DNA of 64,000 bases, from the NCBI GenBank assembly GCA_038326655.1, contig JBBQKG010000003.1, forward strand, positions 57,456 through 121,455. Reading direction: 5' to 3'. Below are positions 27,625 to 37,415 of the stretch, piece by piece (the first letter of the stretch is position 1; each line of letters begins with the position of its first letter). The position numbers and the translations under genes were made by a program. The DNA is from Solirubrobacterales bacterium. Lineage in GTDB: Bacteria > Actinomycetota > Thermoleophilia > Solirubrobacterales > JBBDJG01. The notes beneath the pieces are model-generated. The model was not told where the DNA came from and made no database searches. It was given only the letters and a program-made list of their open reading frames with translations.

Positions 27625-30177
27625 CTACTCGTACGCGAGCGACTCGAGCACGTCGAGCCGCGAGGCCCGTCGCGCGGGCGGGATCGCGGCGAGCACTCCG
27701 GCGCCCGCTGCAAGCACCAGGAAGGCCAACAGGTAGAGCACGGGCACCTGGAGCGAGAAGCCCTGGTCGGCCAGCGCGACCGTCGTCATCGCCCCCAGCA
27801 GCAGGCCGATGAGTATGCCCAGCACGCCCCCGATCAAGGCCGTGATGAGAGACTCGTAGCGCACGATCTGCCGGACCTGCCGCCGGGAGGTCCCGATCGC
27901 GCGCATCATCCCGAGCTCGCGCGTGCGCTCGTGGATCGAGAGCACGAGCGTGTTCACGATGCCGAAGAGCGACACGATGATCGACAGCGACAGCAGCGCG
28001 TAGACGAGGTAGAGGATCTGGTTCACCCGCTTGGTGATGTCGTCCTTGTATTGCTTCTGGTCCTGCGACCTGACTACCGGGTAACGGGCGTCGAGCAGCG
28101 CGTTGACCTTCGCCTGCACCACCGCTATCGAGACGCCCGGCGCCGTCTTGATCAGGTCGACCGCGTCCTCGCGCTGGCGGAAGTCCGCCCTCAGCACCGG
28201 ATATGGGACCGTGACAGGGCTGAAGATGTCGCCCTTGTTGTCGACGGTGCCGCGCACCGTCGCGGAGATCGTCCTGCCGGTCGGCGTCTCGATCGAGAGT
28301 TTGTCGCCGACGCCGAAGCCGTTGCTCTTGGCCCAGTCGTCGACCAGCACCGCATCACCCCGCCCAAGCGTGGCGATCAGGTCGTCGGGGCCTTTCTTGA
28401 CGTCCGACTTCCAGACCCCGTCGAAGCTCTGCGGGTCCACGCCCTGCACCGAGGTGTGGCCGGAGACGCCCTTGACGTTTCCGGCGCTCGCGTTGATCGG
28501 CGAGACCACCGCGACGCCGGGGATCCGCGCGACCGCCCGGCCGGTCTGGGCCGGAATCGGGCTGAATCCGTCACGGTTCGTGAGCACGAGGTCGCCCGCG
28601 AAGTTCTTGTCGACGGTGTCGTTGATCGAGGCGCGGAGGCCTGCCGCTAGCACGGTCACGAACGTGACCAGCGCAAGGCCGATCATCAGGGCCGCCGCCG
28701 TGACCGCGGTGCGGCTTGGGTTGCGTTCGGCGTTTTCCCGCGCGAGCCGGCCGGTCACTCCCCGCAGCCGCTCGAGCGGCCAGCCGAGCGCAGACGCGAT
28801 CGGGGGCACGAGCCGGTTGCTGAGCAGTGCAACGCCGACGAAGATCGAGATCGCGCCGACCGCCATCAGGCCTAGAACGCTGGAGGCCCCGCCGGTGACG
28901 AACAGGCCGATCAGCAGCAACAGCACTCCGAAACCGGTCAGGCTGCCGGCCAGGATCGTGCGACGCCGCCCCGCGCGGCCGGTCGGCATGACGTCGTGCC
29001 GAAGCGCCGCCAGCGGCGGCACTCGGGTCGCCCGCCGTGCCGGCGACAGGCCCGCGACGACGGTCACGATCGTGCCCACCAGTAGCGAGACGATCACCGT
29101 GCGCGGCAGCAGGACGGTGCCCTGCGACGGAAGGTCGATGCTGAAGGCCTTGAAGAGGGCAGTGATGCCCTTCGCGGTCAGGATGCCGGCGAACAGGCCG
29201 ACGATCGACGCGCCGAGCCCGATCAGCAGCGCCTCCACCACCACCGACCGAAGGATCTGACCACGAGAGGCGCCCATCGTGCGCAGCAGGCCGAACTCGG
29301 TCGTGCGCTGCGCGACCGTGATCGAGAAGGTGTTGAAGATGATGAACGCGCCGACGAAGAGCGCGATCCCGGCGAATGCGAGCAGCAGCGTGTTGAGGAA
29401 GCTGAGGCCGCTCTGAATGTTGTCGGCCTGGTCCTTCGCATCCTGGGCGCCGGTCTTCACGTCGACCGTGCGCGGAAGCAGCCCGCGGAGCTCTCCGACG
29501 ACCTGCCTGGGGGCGGCGCCTTGCGCGACCGCGACGTCGATCTCGTCCAGGGTCCCGCGCTTCTCGCTGATGCGCTGAGCCTCGGGAAGCGTCAGCACGG
29601 CGATCGTCGCGCCGCCGAACGCAGACACGTCGCCGAACTTCCCGATCCCGGATATCCGGTAACGCTTTGCCGGCAGCTTGCCTGCTACGAGCACCATGTC
29701 GCCGACCTTGAAGTGCTTGTTGTCAGCGGTGCTCTGGTCGATTGTGACCTCGTTCGCGGTGGCGGGCGGGCGGCCCTTCACGTAGGTGAGAGGGTCGAAA
29801 GGCTCCGGCAACGAGGAGAACATCAGGGCAGGCGCCTGTCCGGTGTTTGCACGCATGCCGCGCTTGTCGAAGACCGTCGCGCTGTCGCTCACAGCCCCGC
29901 CGGCCTTTGCGACGCCCTGAGCCGACTTGACGCGGGGAAGCAGTGACGCGCTGAACGGAGGCTGCTGGATCTCCTCGGTGTCGACGGCTTTGTGCGGCGT
30001 CACCTTGATGTCGACGCCCTGGTTCGCCGTGTCGAAGATGCGGTCGAACGAGTGGTTGATCGTGTCTGTGAAGACGTAGGTCCCGGAGATCATCATCACC
30101 CCGAGGAGGACCGCGAGCGCGGTCAGGCACGCGCGCAGCTTGCGCGCCCAAAGGCCGCGGAGGGTGACTGCGGTCAC
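27625..30177 (-). CDS. ABC transporter permease with two FtsX domains (MacB/DevC-like)
   Basis: 850 aa. N-terminal [22 protein letters not shown], large extracytoplasmic domains, and two FtsX-type 4-TM blocks ([17 protein letters not shown] and [17 protein letters not shown]). Confidence 0.85.
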   Translation of the reverse strand: MTAVTLRGLWARKLRACLTALAVLLGVMMISGTYVFTDTINHSFDRIFDTANQGVDIKVTPHKAVDTEEIQQPPFSASLLPRVKSAQGVAKAGGAVSDSATVFDKRGMRANTGQAPALMFSSLPEPFDPLTYVKGRPPATANEVTIDQSTADNKHFKVGDMVLVAGKLPAKRYRISGIGKFGDVSAFGGATIAVLTLPEAQRISEKRGTLDEIDVAVAQGAAPRQVVGELRGLLPRTVDVKTGAQDAKDQADNIQSGLSFLNTLLLAFAGIALFVGAFIIFNTFSITVAQRTTEFGLLRTMGASRGQILRSVVVEALLIGLGASIVGLFAGILTAKGITALFKAFSIDLPSQGTVLLPRTVIVSLLVGTIVTVVAGLSPARRATRVPPLAALRHDVMPTGRAGRRRTILAGSLTGFGVLLLLIGLFVTGGASSVLGLMAVGAISIFVGVALLSNRLVPPIASALGWPLERLRGVTGRLARENAERNPSRTAVTAAALMIGLALVTFVTVLAAGLRASINDTVDKNFAGDLVLTNRDGFSPIPAQTGRAVARIPGVAVVSPINASAGNVKGVSGHTSVQGVDPQSFDGVWKSDVKKGPDDLIATLGRGDAVLVDDWAKSNGFGVGDKLSIETPTGRTISATVRGTVDNKGDIFSPVTVPYPVLRADFRQREDAVDLIKTAPGVSIAVVQAKVNALLDARYPVVRSQDQKQYKDDITKRVNQILYLVYALLSLSIIVSLFGIVNTLVLSIHERTRELGMMRAIGTSRRQVRQIVRYESLITALIGGVLGILIGLLLGAMTTVALADQGFSLQVPVLYLLAFLVLAAGAGVLAAIPPARRASRLDVLESLAYE

Positions 30178-30884
30178 GCCGACTTCATCAGCTCGTGCAC
30201 GTCTTCCCCTTGCGCCGAGGGGGCGTCGTGCACGACGCGGCCGTCACGCAGCACCACGAGCCGATCGCCGGCGGAGGCCGCGTCGGCGTCGTGGGTCACC
30301 ATCACGACGGTCTGCTTGAAGCGGTCGACGGCCTCGCGAAGGAGCCGCAGGACATCCTCGCTCGAGCTGGAGTCGAGGTTGCCGGTCGGTTCGTCGGCGA
30401 ACACGACCGCGGGGCGCGTGACCAGGGCACGCGCGATCGCGACGCGCTGCTGCTGCCCCCCGGAAAGCTCGGAGGGCCGGTGCTTGCGCCGGTCGCCGAG
30501 GGCGACGATGTCGATCAGGTGCTCGACCCATTCACGGTCGACATCACGCCCGGCGATCGTAAGCGGTAGCACGATGTTCTCCTCCGCCGTCAAAACCGGA
30601 AGCAGGTTGAAAGCCTGGAAGATGAAGCCGACCTTCTGTCGGCGAAGCTCGGTCAGGTGGTTGTCGTCGAGCTGGGTGATCTCCGTGCCATCGATCTCGA
30701 CCGAGCCGGAGGTGGGCTGGTCGAGGCCCGCCAGGCAGTGCATCAGCGTCGACTTGCCCGAGCCCGACGGCCCCATGATCGCGCTGAACTGGCTGCACAG
30801 GAACTGCACCGTGACGCCCGCGAGCGCGTCAACTGCCGCATCCCCTTGGCCGTACCGGCGATAGAGATCCGTGGCGGCCACCAT
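30174..30884 (-). CDS. ABC transporter ATP-binding protein (MacB/LolD-like)
   Basis: ATG 30884 ([12 protein letters not shown]); an alternative TTG lies at 30926. Walker [10 protein letters not shown], signature [15 protein letters not shown], Walker [13 protein letters not shown]. The stop overlaps the permease start (GTGA). Confidence 0.88.
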   Translation of the reverse strand: MVAATDLYRRYGQGDAAVDALAGVTVQFLCSQFSAIMGPSGSGKSTLMHCLAGLDQPTSGSVEIDGTEITQLDDNHLTELRRQKVGFIFQAFNLLPVLTAEENIVLPLTIAGRDVDREWVEHLIDIVALGDRRKHRPSELSGGQQQRVAIARALVTRPAVVFADEPTGNLDSSSSEDVLRLLREAVDRFKQTVVMVTHDADAASAGDRLVVLRDGRVVHDAPSAQGEDVHELMKSA

Positions 30885-30926
30885 GGGGCTTGCGGCCGTC
30901 ACGGCTTTCGCCCTGTCGATGTGCAA

Positions 30927-31730
30927 CTAGCGGCCCTCCCAGTTGGGCTTGCGCTTCTCGCCGAAGGCCCGGACGCCTTCGCGGAAGTCATGGGTGCGGA
31001 ACGAAGATAGTCGCAGATCTATGACTTCTTTTTCATGCGTTTTCGAAAGTCGGCTGAAGCCAGTCAGCCTTCCGATGATCTCCTTGTTGCCCCTCAGCGA
31101 GACGGGCGCGTGGCCCGCGATCTCGGCGGCCAGCGCGACCGCCGCGTCGTCGATCTGCTCTGGCTCGGCCACCTCGTGCACCAGCCCGATCTGCTCGGCG
31201 CGGTCGGCGTCGACGTTCCGCCCGGTGAAGAACAACTCACGCGTGCGCGCCGGGCCGACCGAGTCGATGAACTTTTGCAGCCCGGTATGGCTGTAGATCA
31301 GACCCAGCTTCGCCGGGGGCATCCCGAGCTTCACGCCGCGGGCCGCAATCCGCAGATCGCAGGTGAGCGCAAGCTCGAGGCCGCCGCCGAGCGCATGCCC
31401 GTTGACCGCTGCGAGGGTCGGGAACGGAAACGCCTCGACCGCCTCGATCGCCCGGCTGAAAGGGTGGGCGACGAGCCGCTCTGCCTCCTCGGCGAACACC
31501 TCGTCGGGGATATCGGCGATGTCGTAGCCCGCCGAGAACATGCCCTCGCTGCCGGCGATCACGACACAGCGGGTCTCGATGCCGTCGTCGAGCTCCGCCA
31601 TCAGCGTCGCGATCCCGTCGAGGATCTCGTGGTCGAGCGCGTTGCGCTTGGCCGGATTGCGGATCGTGACCCTGGCAACCGCCTCGGCCGGCCGATCGAG
31701 AACGAGCTTGCCTCCGGCAAGCTCGTTCAA
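30927..31730 (-). CDS. enoyl-CoA hydratase/isomerase (crotonase) family
   Basis: VARVTIRNPAKRNAL, FSAGYDI and NGHALGGGLELALTCDL. The ORF-track TTG 31751 lies inside a hairpin loop, so in-frame TTG 31730 is preferred. The start remains uncertain. Confidence 0.8.
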   Translation of the reverse strand: MNELAGGKLVLDRPAEAVARVTIRNPAKRNALDHEILDGIATLMAELDDGIETRCVVIAGSEGMFSAGYDIADIPDEVFAEEAERLVAHPFSRAIEAVEAFPFPTLAAVNGHALGGGLELALTCDLRIAARGVKLGMPPAKLGLIYSHTGLQKFIDSVGPARTRELFFTGRNVDADRAEQIGLVHEVAEPEQIDDAAVALAAEIAGHAPVSLRGNKEIIGRLTGFSRLSKTHEKEVIDLRLSSFRTHDFREGVRAFGEKRKPNWEGR

Positions 31731-31737
31731 GAAACTG

Positions 31738-31770
31738 CCGTCCGGCTGCAAGCACCCGGACGGGTGGCCT
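31738..31770. repeat. palindromic intergenic element, copy 1 (CCGTCCGGCTGCAAGCACCCGGACGG + GTGGCCT)
   Basis: 8-bp stem CCGTCCGG/CCGGACGG plus inner TGC/GCA. It lies 3' of the mini-BCCP gene on the minus strand. It is near-identical to the sequence at 35083..35120. Confidence 0.6.
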
Positions 31771-31797
31771 GCGCGCTCACCGCTCCTTGGGCGACCA

Positions 31798-32010
31798 TCA
31801 TTCCAGCGTCACAAGCGTGTCACCCTCGGACACGGCCTGGCCCTCCTCGACGTTGACCTCTTTCACGACGCCCGCGTCCTCGGCCTCGACGGGCATCTCC
31901 ATCTTCATCGACTCGAGGATCACGACCGTGTCGCCCTCCTCGACCGAGTCGCCGGGCGACACTTCGACCTTCCACACCGTGCCGGTTATATGAGCCTCGA
32001 TCGCCGCCAA
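31798..32010 (-). CDS. small biotinyl-domain protein (stand-alone BCCP-like, about 70 aa)
   Basis: TTG 32010 lies 4 nt after GAAGGAG. HITGTVWKVEVSPGDSVEEGDTVVILESMKMEMPVEAE carries the biotinylation motif E-S-M-K-M. The longer 115-aa ORF prefix looks like shadow. Confidence 0.8.
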   Translation of the reverse strand: MAAIEAHITGTVWKVEVSPGDSVEEGDTVVILESMKMEMPVEAEDAGVVKEVNVEEGQAVSEGDTLVTLE

Positions 32011-32061
32011 GTTGCTCCTTCTGTCGGTTCTGGGTCGGGGTCCGCGCCAGAATAACGGCCC

Positions 32062-32784
32062 GTGTCTCCCGAACCAGCCAGCCGGCCGCGGCCCGAGCGG
32101 ATCGTGATCGTGACCGCCCGCGACGAGGCCGATCGCATCCAGCACACGATCGAAGCGCTCCGCGACGCGCTTCCGGATGCCCGCATCCTGCTCGCCGAGA
32201 GCGGGTCACGCGATCGCACGGCGGCGCTCGCGGAGCGGGCCGGCGCCGAGGTCGTGCGAACGTCGGCGCCCCGCAAGGGCAAGGGCCGCTCCGCCACGAC
32301 CGCGGCCCGGGCGGCGCTGACCGTTCCCGGGGCCTACGACGCGACGTTCCTGCTCGCCGACGGCGACCTCGGTGCGTCGGCTGGGGCGCTGCTGCCGCTC
32401 GTCGACGCGATCGAGGCCGGCGAGTGCGACCTCGCGGTGGCCGCGTTCGCGCGGCGGCTGGGCGGGGGCTTCGGCCTCGCGGTGGGCTTCGCCCGCTGGG
32501 CGATCAGCGACCTCACCGGGCTCGAGACGCGTGCCCCGATCTCCGGGCAGCGCGCGCTGCGGGGCGCCACGCTTGCGCGGCTGCTGCCGTTCGCGGACGG
32601 GTTCGGCATGGAGACCGGCATGACCATCGACGCGGTTCGCGCCGGCCTCACACTGAGAGAGATCGACCTCGACCTCGAGCACCGGGCGACGACGCGCTCG
32701 CTCGCCGGCTTCGCCCACCGCGGGCGCCAGCTGCTGCATTTCGCGCGGGTGTACGTCAGCCGGCGGTTCTCGCGAGGCGGATAG
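32062..32784 (+). CDS. family 2 glycosyltransferase
   Basis: GTG 32062. GT-A pattern [13 protein letters not shown], acidic motif LLADGDL, then ISGQRALR. 240 aa. Confidence 0.7.
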   Translation: MSPEPASRPRPERIVIVTARDEADRIQHTIEALRDALPDARILLAESGSRDRTAALAERAGAEVVRTSAPRKGKGRSATTAARAALTVPGAYDATFLLADGDLGASAGALLPLVDAIEAGECDLAVAAFARRLGGGFGLAVGFARWAISDLTGLETRAPISGQRALRGATLARLLPFADGFGMETGMTIDAVRAGLTLREIDLDLEHRATTRSLAGFAHRGRQLLHFARVYVSRRFSRGG

Positions 32785-32794
32785 TTTCCCAGCC

Positions 32795-34291
32795 GTGATC
32801 TGCTCGATCGACCAGGGCACGACCGGCACGACCTGCCTCGTGTTCGACGACGAGGCGCGCCTCGTGGGCCGCGCCTATCGCGAGTTCGCACAGCACTTCC
32901 CCCGTCCCGGCTGGGTCGAGCACGACGCCCTCGAGATCTGGGAGGTGTCGCGGGCGGTCGCGAAGGAGGCGCTGGACGCCGTCGGCGCGGCGCCGGGCGA
33001 CGTCAGCGCGATCGGGATCGCGAACCAGCGCGAGACGGTCGTGTGCTGGGACGAGCAGACGGGGGAGCCGCTCCACCGCGCGATCGTCTGGCAGGACCGC
33101 CGTACCGCAGCCCGGTGCGACGAGCTCCGCGAGCAGGGCGCCGAGCAGCTGGTCCGAGAGCGCACCGGTCTCGTGCTCGACCCGTACTTCTCCGGCACCA
33201 AGATCGAGTGGCTGCTCGAGCACGTCGAAGGCCTCCGCGAGCGAGCTCGTGCCGGCCGGGTCAAGTTCGGGACGATCGATGCGTGGCTCGCCTTCAAGCT
33301 CACGGGTCGCTCGGTCACCGACTACTCCAACGCCTCCCGCACGATGCTCTTCGACATCCACCGGCTCGACTGGGACCCGGAGCTCTGCGAGCTGCTCGGC
33401 GTGCCGCGCGCGTGGCTGCCCGAGGCGCGCCCGTCGGCCGGGCTCTACGGCGAGACCGATCCCGACGCGTTCTTCGGCGCGCGCGTGCCGCTTACGGGAA
33501 TCGCCGGCGATCAGCAGGCGGCGCTGTTCGGCCAGGCCTGCACGGCTCAGGGCCTGGGCAAGAACACCTACGGCACGGGCAGCTTCGTGCTGATGAACGC
33601 GGGCGGCGAGGCTCCGCGACCGAGCGCCGGTCTGCTCACGACGGTCGCCTGGGGCCTGGGCGGGAAGGCCGACTACGCGCTCGAGGCAAGCGTCTTCGTC
33701 ACCGGCGCGGCGCTCCAGTGGCTCCGTGACGGGCTCGGCCTGATCCGGACAGCCGCGGAGAGCGAGGGCATGGCGGCGTCGCTCGACTCGAACGACGGCG
33801 TGTACTTCGTCCCCGCGCTCACGGGCCTCGGCTCGCCGTACTGGGATCCGTACGCGCGCGGCACGATCGTCGGGCTGACGCGAGGAACCGGGCCCGAGCA
33901 TCTCGCCCGGGCGGCGCTGGAGGCGATCGCCTACCAGACCGTCGACGCGGTCGACGCGATGGAAGCCGCATCGGCAGAGCAGCTCGCCGAGTTGCGCGTT
34001 GACGGCGGCGGCACGGCGAACGCCTGGCTCATGCAATTCCAGGCCGATGTGCTCGGCAGGCCGGTGGTGGTCCCCGAGATCACCGAGACGACCGCGCTCG
34101 GTGCGGCCTACCTCGCCGGGGTCGGCGCGGGGGCGTGGACACTCGAGCAGGTCTCCGCGCTCTGGCGCGAGGCGGCACGGTTCGAGCCGCGGATGGGCGA
34201 GGGCCAGCGCCGTGCGCTGCTCGACCGGTGGCGCCAGGCGGTCGAGCACAGCAGGGGTTGGGCCGGTGGACCGGCAGGGCCCGAGCTGTAA
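32795..34291 (+). CDS. glpK: glycerol kinase
   Basis: GTG 32795 ([17 protein letters not shown]). [33 protein letters not shown] and VDGGGTAN. Confidence 0.93.
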   Translation: MICSIDQGTTGTTCLVFDDEARLVGRAYREFAQHFPRPGWVEHDALEIWEVSRAVAKEALDAVGAAPGDVSAIGIANQRETVVCWDEQTGEPLHRAIVWQDRRTAARCDELREQGAEQLVRERTGLVLDPYFSGTKIEWLLEHVEGLRERARAGRVKFGTIDAWLAFKLTGRSVTDYSNASRTMLFDIHRLDWDPELCELLGVPRAWLPEARPSAGLYGETDPDAFFGARVPLTGIAGDQQAALFGQACTAQGLGKNTYGTGSFVLMNAGGEAPRPSAGLLTTVAWGLGGKADYALEASVFVTGAALQWLRDGLGLIRTAAESEGMAASLDSNDGVYFVPALTGLGSPYWDPYARGTIVGLTRGTGPEHLARAALEAIAYQTVDAVDAMEAASAEQLAELRVDGGGTANAWLMQFQADVLGRPVVVPEITETTALGAAYLAGVGAGAWTLEQVSALWREAARFEPRMGEGQRRALLDRWRQAVEHSRGWAGGPAGPEL

Positions 34292-34322
34292 CCGGTTTTT
34301 GGCGGAGGGGTAGCAACCGCCG

Positions 34323-35078
34323 ATGAAGCCTCAGGCGTACGTCGACCCCCGCCCGGCCAAGCACTTCACGAAGTTCTACGAGCATCCGCGCACCGAGCCG
34401 CCGGACTGGATCTACCGGCTGGCGAGGGCGGTGCTCACGATTCCGGTGCTGGGCGTCTACCGCTTCCGTGCGATCGGCGTGGACAACGTCCCCTACGCGG
34501 GCCCGGTGGTTCTCGCGCCCAACCACTTCAGCGTCCTCGACCACTTCTTCGTCGCGGTGCTGCTGCGCCGGCAGGTGCAGTTCATGGCCAAGTCGCAACT
34601 CTTCCGCCCGCCCTTGCTCGACTTCATCCTCACGCACGGGGGCGCCTTCCCCGTGCGGCGGGGACAGCACGACGAGGAGACTTTCAAGACCGCAAACGCG
34701 ATCCTCGGCCACGGCGGCGTGGTCTTGATGTACGCGGAAGGAGGCCGGTCCCGGTCGAGGAAGCTGGGCGAGCCGAAGTCGGGGCTCGGCCGGCTCGGGC
34801 TGGAGTCCGGCGTGCCGGTGGTGCCGATCGCGATCCACGGCTCGCAGCACGCGCGCGACGCGACGCGCGGCCACGTCCCGCCCAAGGTCACCTTGCAGTT
34901 CGGCGAGCCGATCGCCTGGGAGCAGGTGGAGCACCCCACCCGTGATCAGGCGCAGGGGGTCGCCGACCAGGTCTTCGATCGCGTGAAGACGATGTACGAG
35001 GCGCTCGAGGCGCAGGGCCGCCGGGGTGTACTGGCGAAGCTTCGCGAAGCCCACGGGCAGCCGGCGCACAACTTCTAA
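34323..35078 (+). CDS. plsC: 1-acyl-sn-glycerol-3-phosphate acyltransferase family
   Basis: HxxxxD motif APNHFSVLD, plus FPVRRG, MYAEGGRSRS and VPVVPIAIHG. Confidence 0.85.
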   Translation: MKPQAYVDPRPAKHFTKFYEHPRTEPPDWIYRLARAVLTIPVLGVYRFRAIGVDNVPYAGPVVLAPNHFSVLDHFFVAVLLRRQVQFMAKSQLFRPPLLDFILTHGGAFPVRRGQHDEETFKTANAILGHGGVVLMYAEGGRSRSRKLGEPKSGLGRLGLESGVPVVPIAIHGSQHARDATRGHVPPKVTLQFGEPIAWEQVEHPTRDQAQGVADQVFDRVKTMYEALEAQGRRGVLAKLREAHGQPAHNF

Positions 35079-35082
35079 GAGG

Positions 35083-35120
35083 CCGTCCGGCTGCAAGCAG
35101 CCGGACGGGATGGGTGGCCT
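35083..35120. repeat. palindromic intergenic element, copy 2; likely bidirectional terminator
   Basis: CCGTCCGGCTGC-aa-GCAGCCGGACGG (12-bp arms) followed by GATGGGTGGCCT. It fills the 42-nt gap between the convergent plsC stop (35078) and thioesterase stop (35121). Confidence 0.65.
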
Positions 35121-35567
35121 TCATTCGTTGCGGCGGACGTGCCAGTCGACGCTCATGGTCGCGACGCTGGCGCCGTCGGCATTGGTGAGGTCGACACTCA
35201 CCTGGAACTCGACCTTGCCGTCGGCCTCGAGCTGATCCAGTAATGCGGACTTCTCCGCGGACAGCGTGCCCGTCGCGGTGATCGGGCCCTTTGCGAGCTT
35301 GGTGTAGGAGATCTCGGCGTGGCGCGCCAGCGGGGTGATGCCGCCCATGTGCGCGGCGAACGCGCCCACGAACGCCGCGCCCGAGGCCGCCTCGCCGGCC
35401 GAGAACAACGCGCCCGCATGCTGGGAGCCGACGTGATTGTGAAGGGACTCGGAGTCCGGCAGCAGCACGACTCCGCGGCCGTCGGCGACCTCGACGACCT
35501 CCAAGCCGACGTGCTTGTTGAAGGGGATCGCCTCCTGCAGGCCTGCTCTTACGGCTTCATGGTCCAT
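35121..35567 (-). CDS. hotdog-fold thioesterase (PaaI/DUF4442-like)
   Basis: ATG 35567 (MDHEAVRAGLQEAIPFNKHVGLEV). HNHVGSQHAGALFSAGEAASG is typical of PaaI-type hotdog proteins. The 493-aa ORF prefix is shadow. Confidence 0.75.
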   Translation of the reverse strand: MDHEAVRAGLQEAIPFNKHVGLEVVEVADGRGVVLLPDSESLHNHVGSQHAGALFSAGEAASGAAFVGAFAAHMGGITPLARHAEISYTKLAKGPITATGTLSAEKSALLDQLEADGKVEFQVSVDLTNADGASVATMSVDWHVRRNE

Positions 35568-35600
35568 CGGCTCCGACCTCCTCGGCATAGACTCACGCGA

Positions 35601-36551
35601 ATGCCGAACCGTAACGGGCCGCGTCTCGACGCAGGCGCCTTTCCGGTCCAGCGCGCGGCCGTCGCCGACGGCCTCGAGCTGGCCTTCATCCGCCGGGGCG
35701 AGGGCGGCTACCCGCTCCTCCTGGTCCACGGCTGGCCCGAGACGAAGCGGATCTGGTGGCGCAACATCGAGCCGCTCGCGCAGGCCGGATTCGAGGTGAT
35801 CGTCCCGGACCTGCGCGGCTTCGGCGATTCCGACGTCGCGCCCGACGGGTTCTACGACCCGGCCGCACAGGCGGCCGACCTTCACCGCCTCGTTCACGAC
35901 GTGCTCGGCCACGAGCGGTGCGGGGCGGCCGGCGGCGACGTCGGCGGCGTCGTGATCCAGGACCTCGGCCTTCGCTTCGGGGGTTTCCTCGAGCGCCAGT
36001 GCCTTTTCAACACCGTCCTGCCGCTCCTGCGCGAGGACTACGAGCGCGCCGGCATTCCGCCCACGGTCCCCAGGGAGACCCGTGCGGCGGCCGACTATTT
36101 CCTCCGCCAGGGGCGGCACGCGGACGTGCTCGCCGCCGAGCTGGACACTCCGGAGCGGCGGCGGCGCTATGTCGCCCAGTTCTACGGCTCGCGGTTCTGG
36201 GCGGCGCCGGGCAGCTTCGACCGCGAGGCGACCGAGTTCATGACCGAGCCTTTCGCCGACGCCGAGAAGCTCCGGGCCGGCTTCGGCATATACGAGACCG
36301 CGGTCGGCGCGCGTCCGGCGTCGGCGCCGCCCCGTCTGCTGGAGAAGAACCCCTTGCCCACGCTCGTTCTCTACGGGCCCCAGGATCACGTGATCCCAGG
36401 GGACTTCCCCGAACGCGCCGAGGTCGCCTTTCCGGAGCTGATCGGCCCCTTCGACGTGCGGCGGGCGGGTCACTTCCTGCAGTGGGAGCGCGCCGACCTG
36501 CTCAACCGCAGTCTGATCTACTTCTTCGCGGACCTGCGAGGGGGACGATGA
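35601..36551 (+). CDS. alpha/beta hydrolase, epoxide hydrolase/dehalogenase-like
   Basis: ATG 35601. LLLVHGWPETKRIWW (HGWP oxyanion motif), Asp-type nucleophile elbow AAGGDVGGVV, C-terminal RAGHFLQWE. Confidence 0.8.
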   Translation: MPNRNGPRLDAGAFPVQRAAVADGLELAFIRRGEGGYPLLLVHGWPETKRIWWRNIEPLAQAGFEVIVPDLRGFGDSDVAPDGFYDPAAQAADLHRLVHDVLGHERCGAAGGDVGGVVIQDLGLRFGGFLERQCLFNTVLPLLREDYERAGIPPTVPRETRAAADYFLRQGRHADVLAAELDTPERRRRYVAQFYGSRFWAAPGSFDREATEFMTEPFADAEKLRAGFGIYETAVGARPASAPPRLLEKNPLPTLVLYGPQDHVIPGDFPERAEVAFPELIGPFDVRRAGHFLQWERADLLNRSLIYFFADLRGGR

Positions 36552-36552
36552 C

Positions 36553-37347
36553 GTGAAGCTCGACGGACGCACTGCGCTACTGACCGGAGCGACCGGCGGC
36601 ATCGGCCGCGCGATCGCCCACGCGCTTCACCGCCGTGGCGCGACGGTGATCCTCACCGGCCGCAGGCTCGACGTGCTCGAGAATCTGCGCCGCGAGCTGG
36701 GCAATCGCGCAGAGGTGATCGGCGCGGACCTCGCCAACAGGCCAGACGTCGAGCGTCTCGGGGAGCGGACGGACGTCGACGTGCTGGTCGCGAACGCTGC
36801 GCTGCCGGCGGCAGGCCGGCTCACGACCTTCTCCGCCAGGGACCTCGATCGCGCGATCGAGGTGAACCTGCGTGCGCCGATGCAGCTGACGCTCGCGCTG
36901 CTGCCGAAGATGCTCGAGCGGGCCTCGGGCCACCTCGTGTTCGTATCGTCGCTCGCCGGGAAGGTCGCGAGCGCAGGCAGCTCGGTGTACAGCGCGACGA
37001 AGTTCGGCATCCGCGGCTTCGGCTACTCGCTGGCCGAGGAGTTGCGTGGCACCGGCGTCGGGACCACCACGGTGTTTCCCGGCTTCATCCGCGAGGCGGG
37101 GATGTTCCACGAGAGCGGCACGAAGCTGCCGCGCGGCATCGGCACGCGCACGCCCCAGGACGTCGCCGAGGCGGTCCTCGAGGGCATCGAGAAGGGTCGC
37201 GCCGAGATCGACGTGGCCCCGTTCTCGCTCAGCTCGGGCGCCAAGATCTTCGGCGTCTCACCACCCGTGATGTCGCGCATCACACGCATCCTCGGAGCGG
37301 ACCGGGTAAGCGATCAACTCGAAACCGGGCAGAGGGACAAGCGTTAG
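36553..37347 (+). CDS. short-chain dehydrogenase/reductase
   Basis: GTG 36553 lies 1 nt after the upstream stop. TGATGGIGRAIA, NAAL, and the catalytic S...YSATK. Confidence 0.85.
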   Translation: MKLDGRTALLTGATGGIGRAIAHALHRRGATVILTGRRLDVLENLRRELGNRAEVIGADLANRPDVERLGERTDVDVLVANAALPAAGRLTTFSARDLDRAIEVNLRAPMQLTLALLPKMLERASGHLVFVSSLAGKVASAGSSVYSATKFGIRGFGYSLAEELRGTGVGTTTVFPGFIREAGMFHESGTKLPRGIGTRTPQDVAEAVLEGIEKGRAEIDVAPFSLSSGAKIFGVSPPVMSRITRILGADRVSDQLETGQRDKR

Positions 37348-37360
37348 AGAGAGAAACTGG

Positions 37361-37386
37361 CCGGCCGCCGCCAAGGCGGCGGCCGG
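37361..37386. terminator. bidirectional GC hairpin between convergent genes
   Basis: CCGGCCGCCGCC-aa-GGCGGCGGCCGG, 12-bp arms flanked by AGAGAGAGAAACT upstream and TTGGGTT downstream. Confidence 0.6.
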
Positions 37387-37415
37387 TTGGGTTAGGGCGC
37401 GCCCACTTGGAGCGC

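Noticed and set aside
31749-31751. TTG start codon of the crotonase gene as given by the ORF track
   Set aside because: It is the central CAA of the loop of the repeated palindromic hairpin. An in-frame TTG at 31730 just outside the structure is more credible, although neither has a convincing SD.
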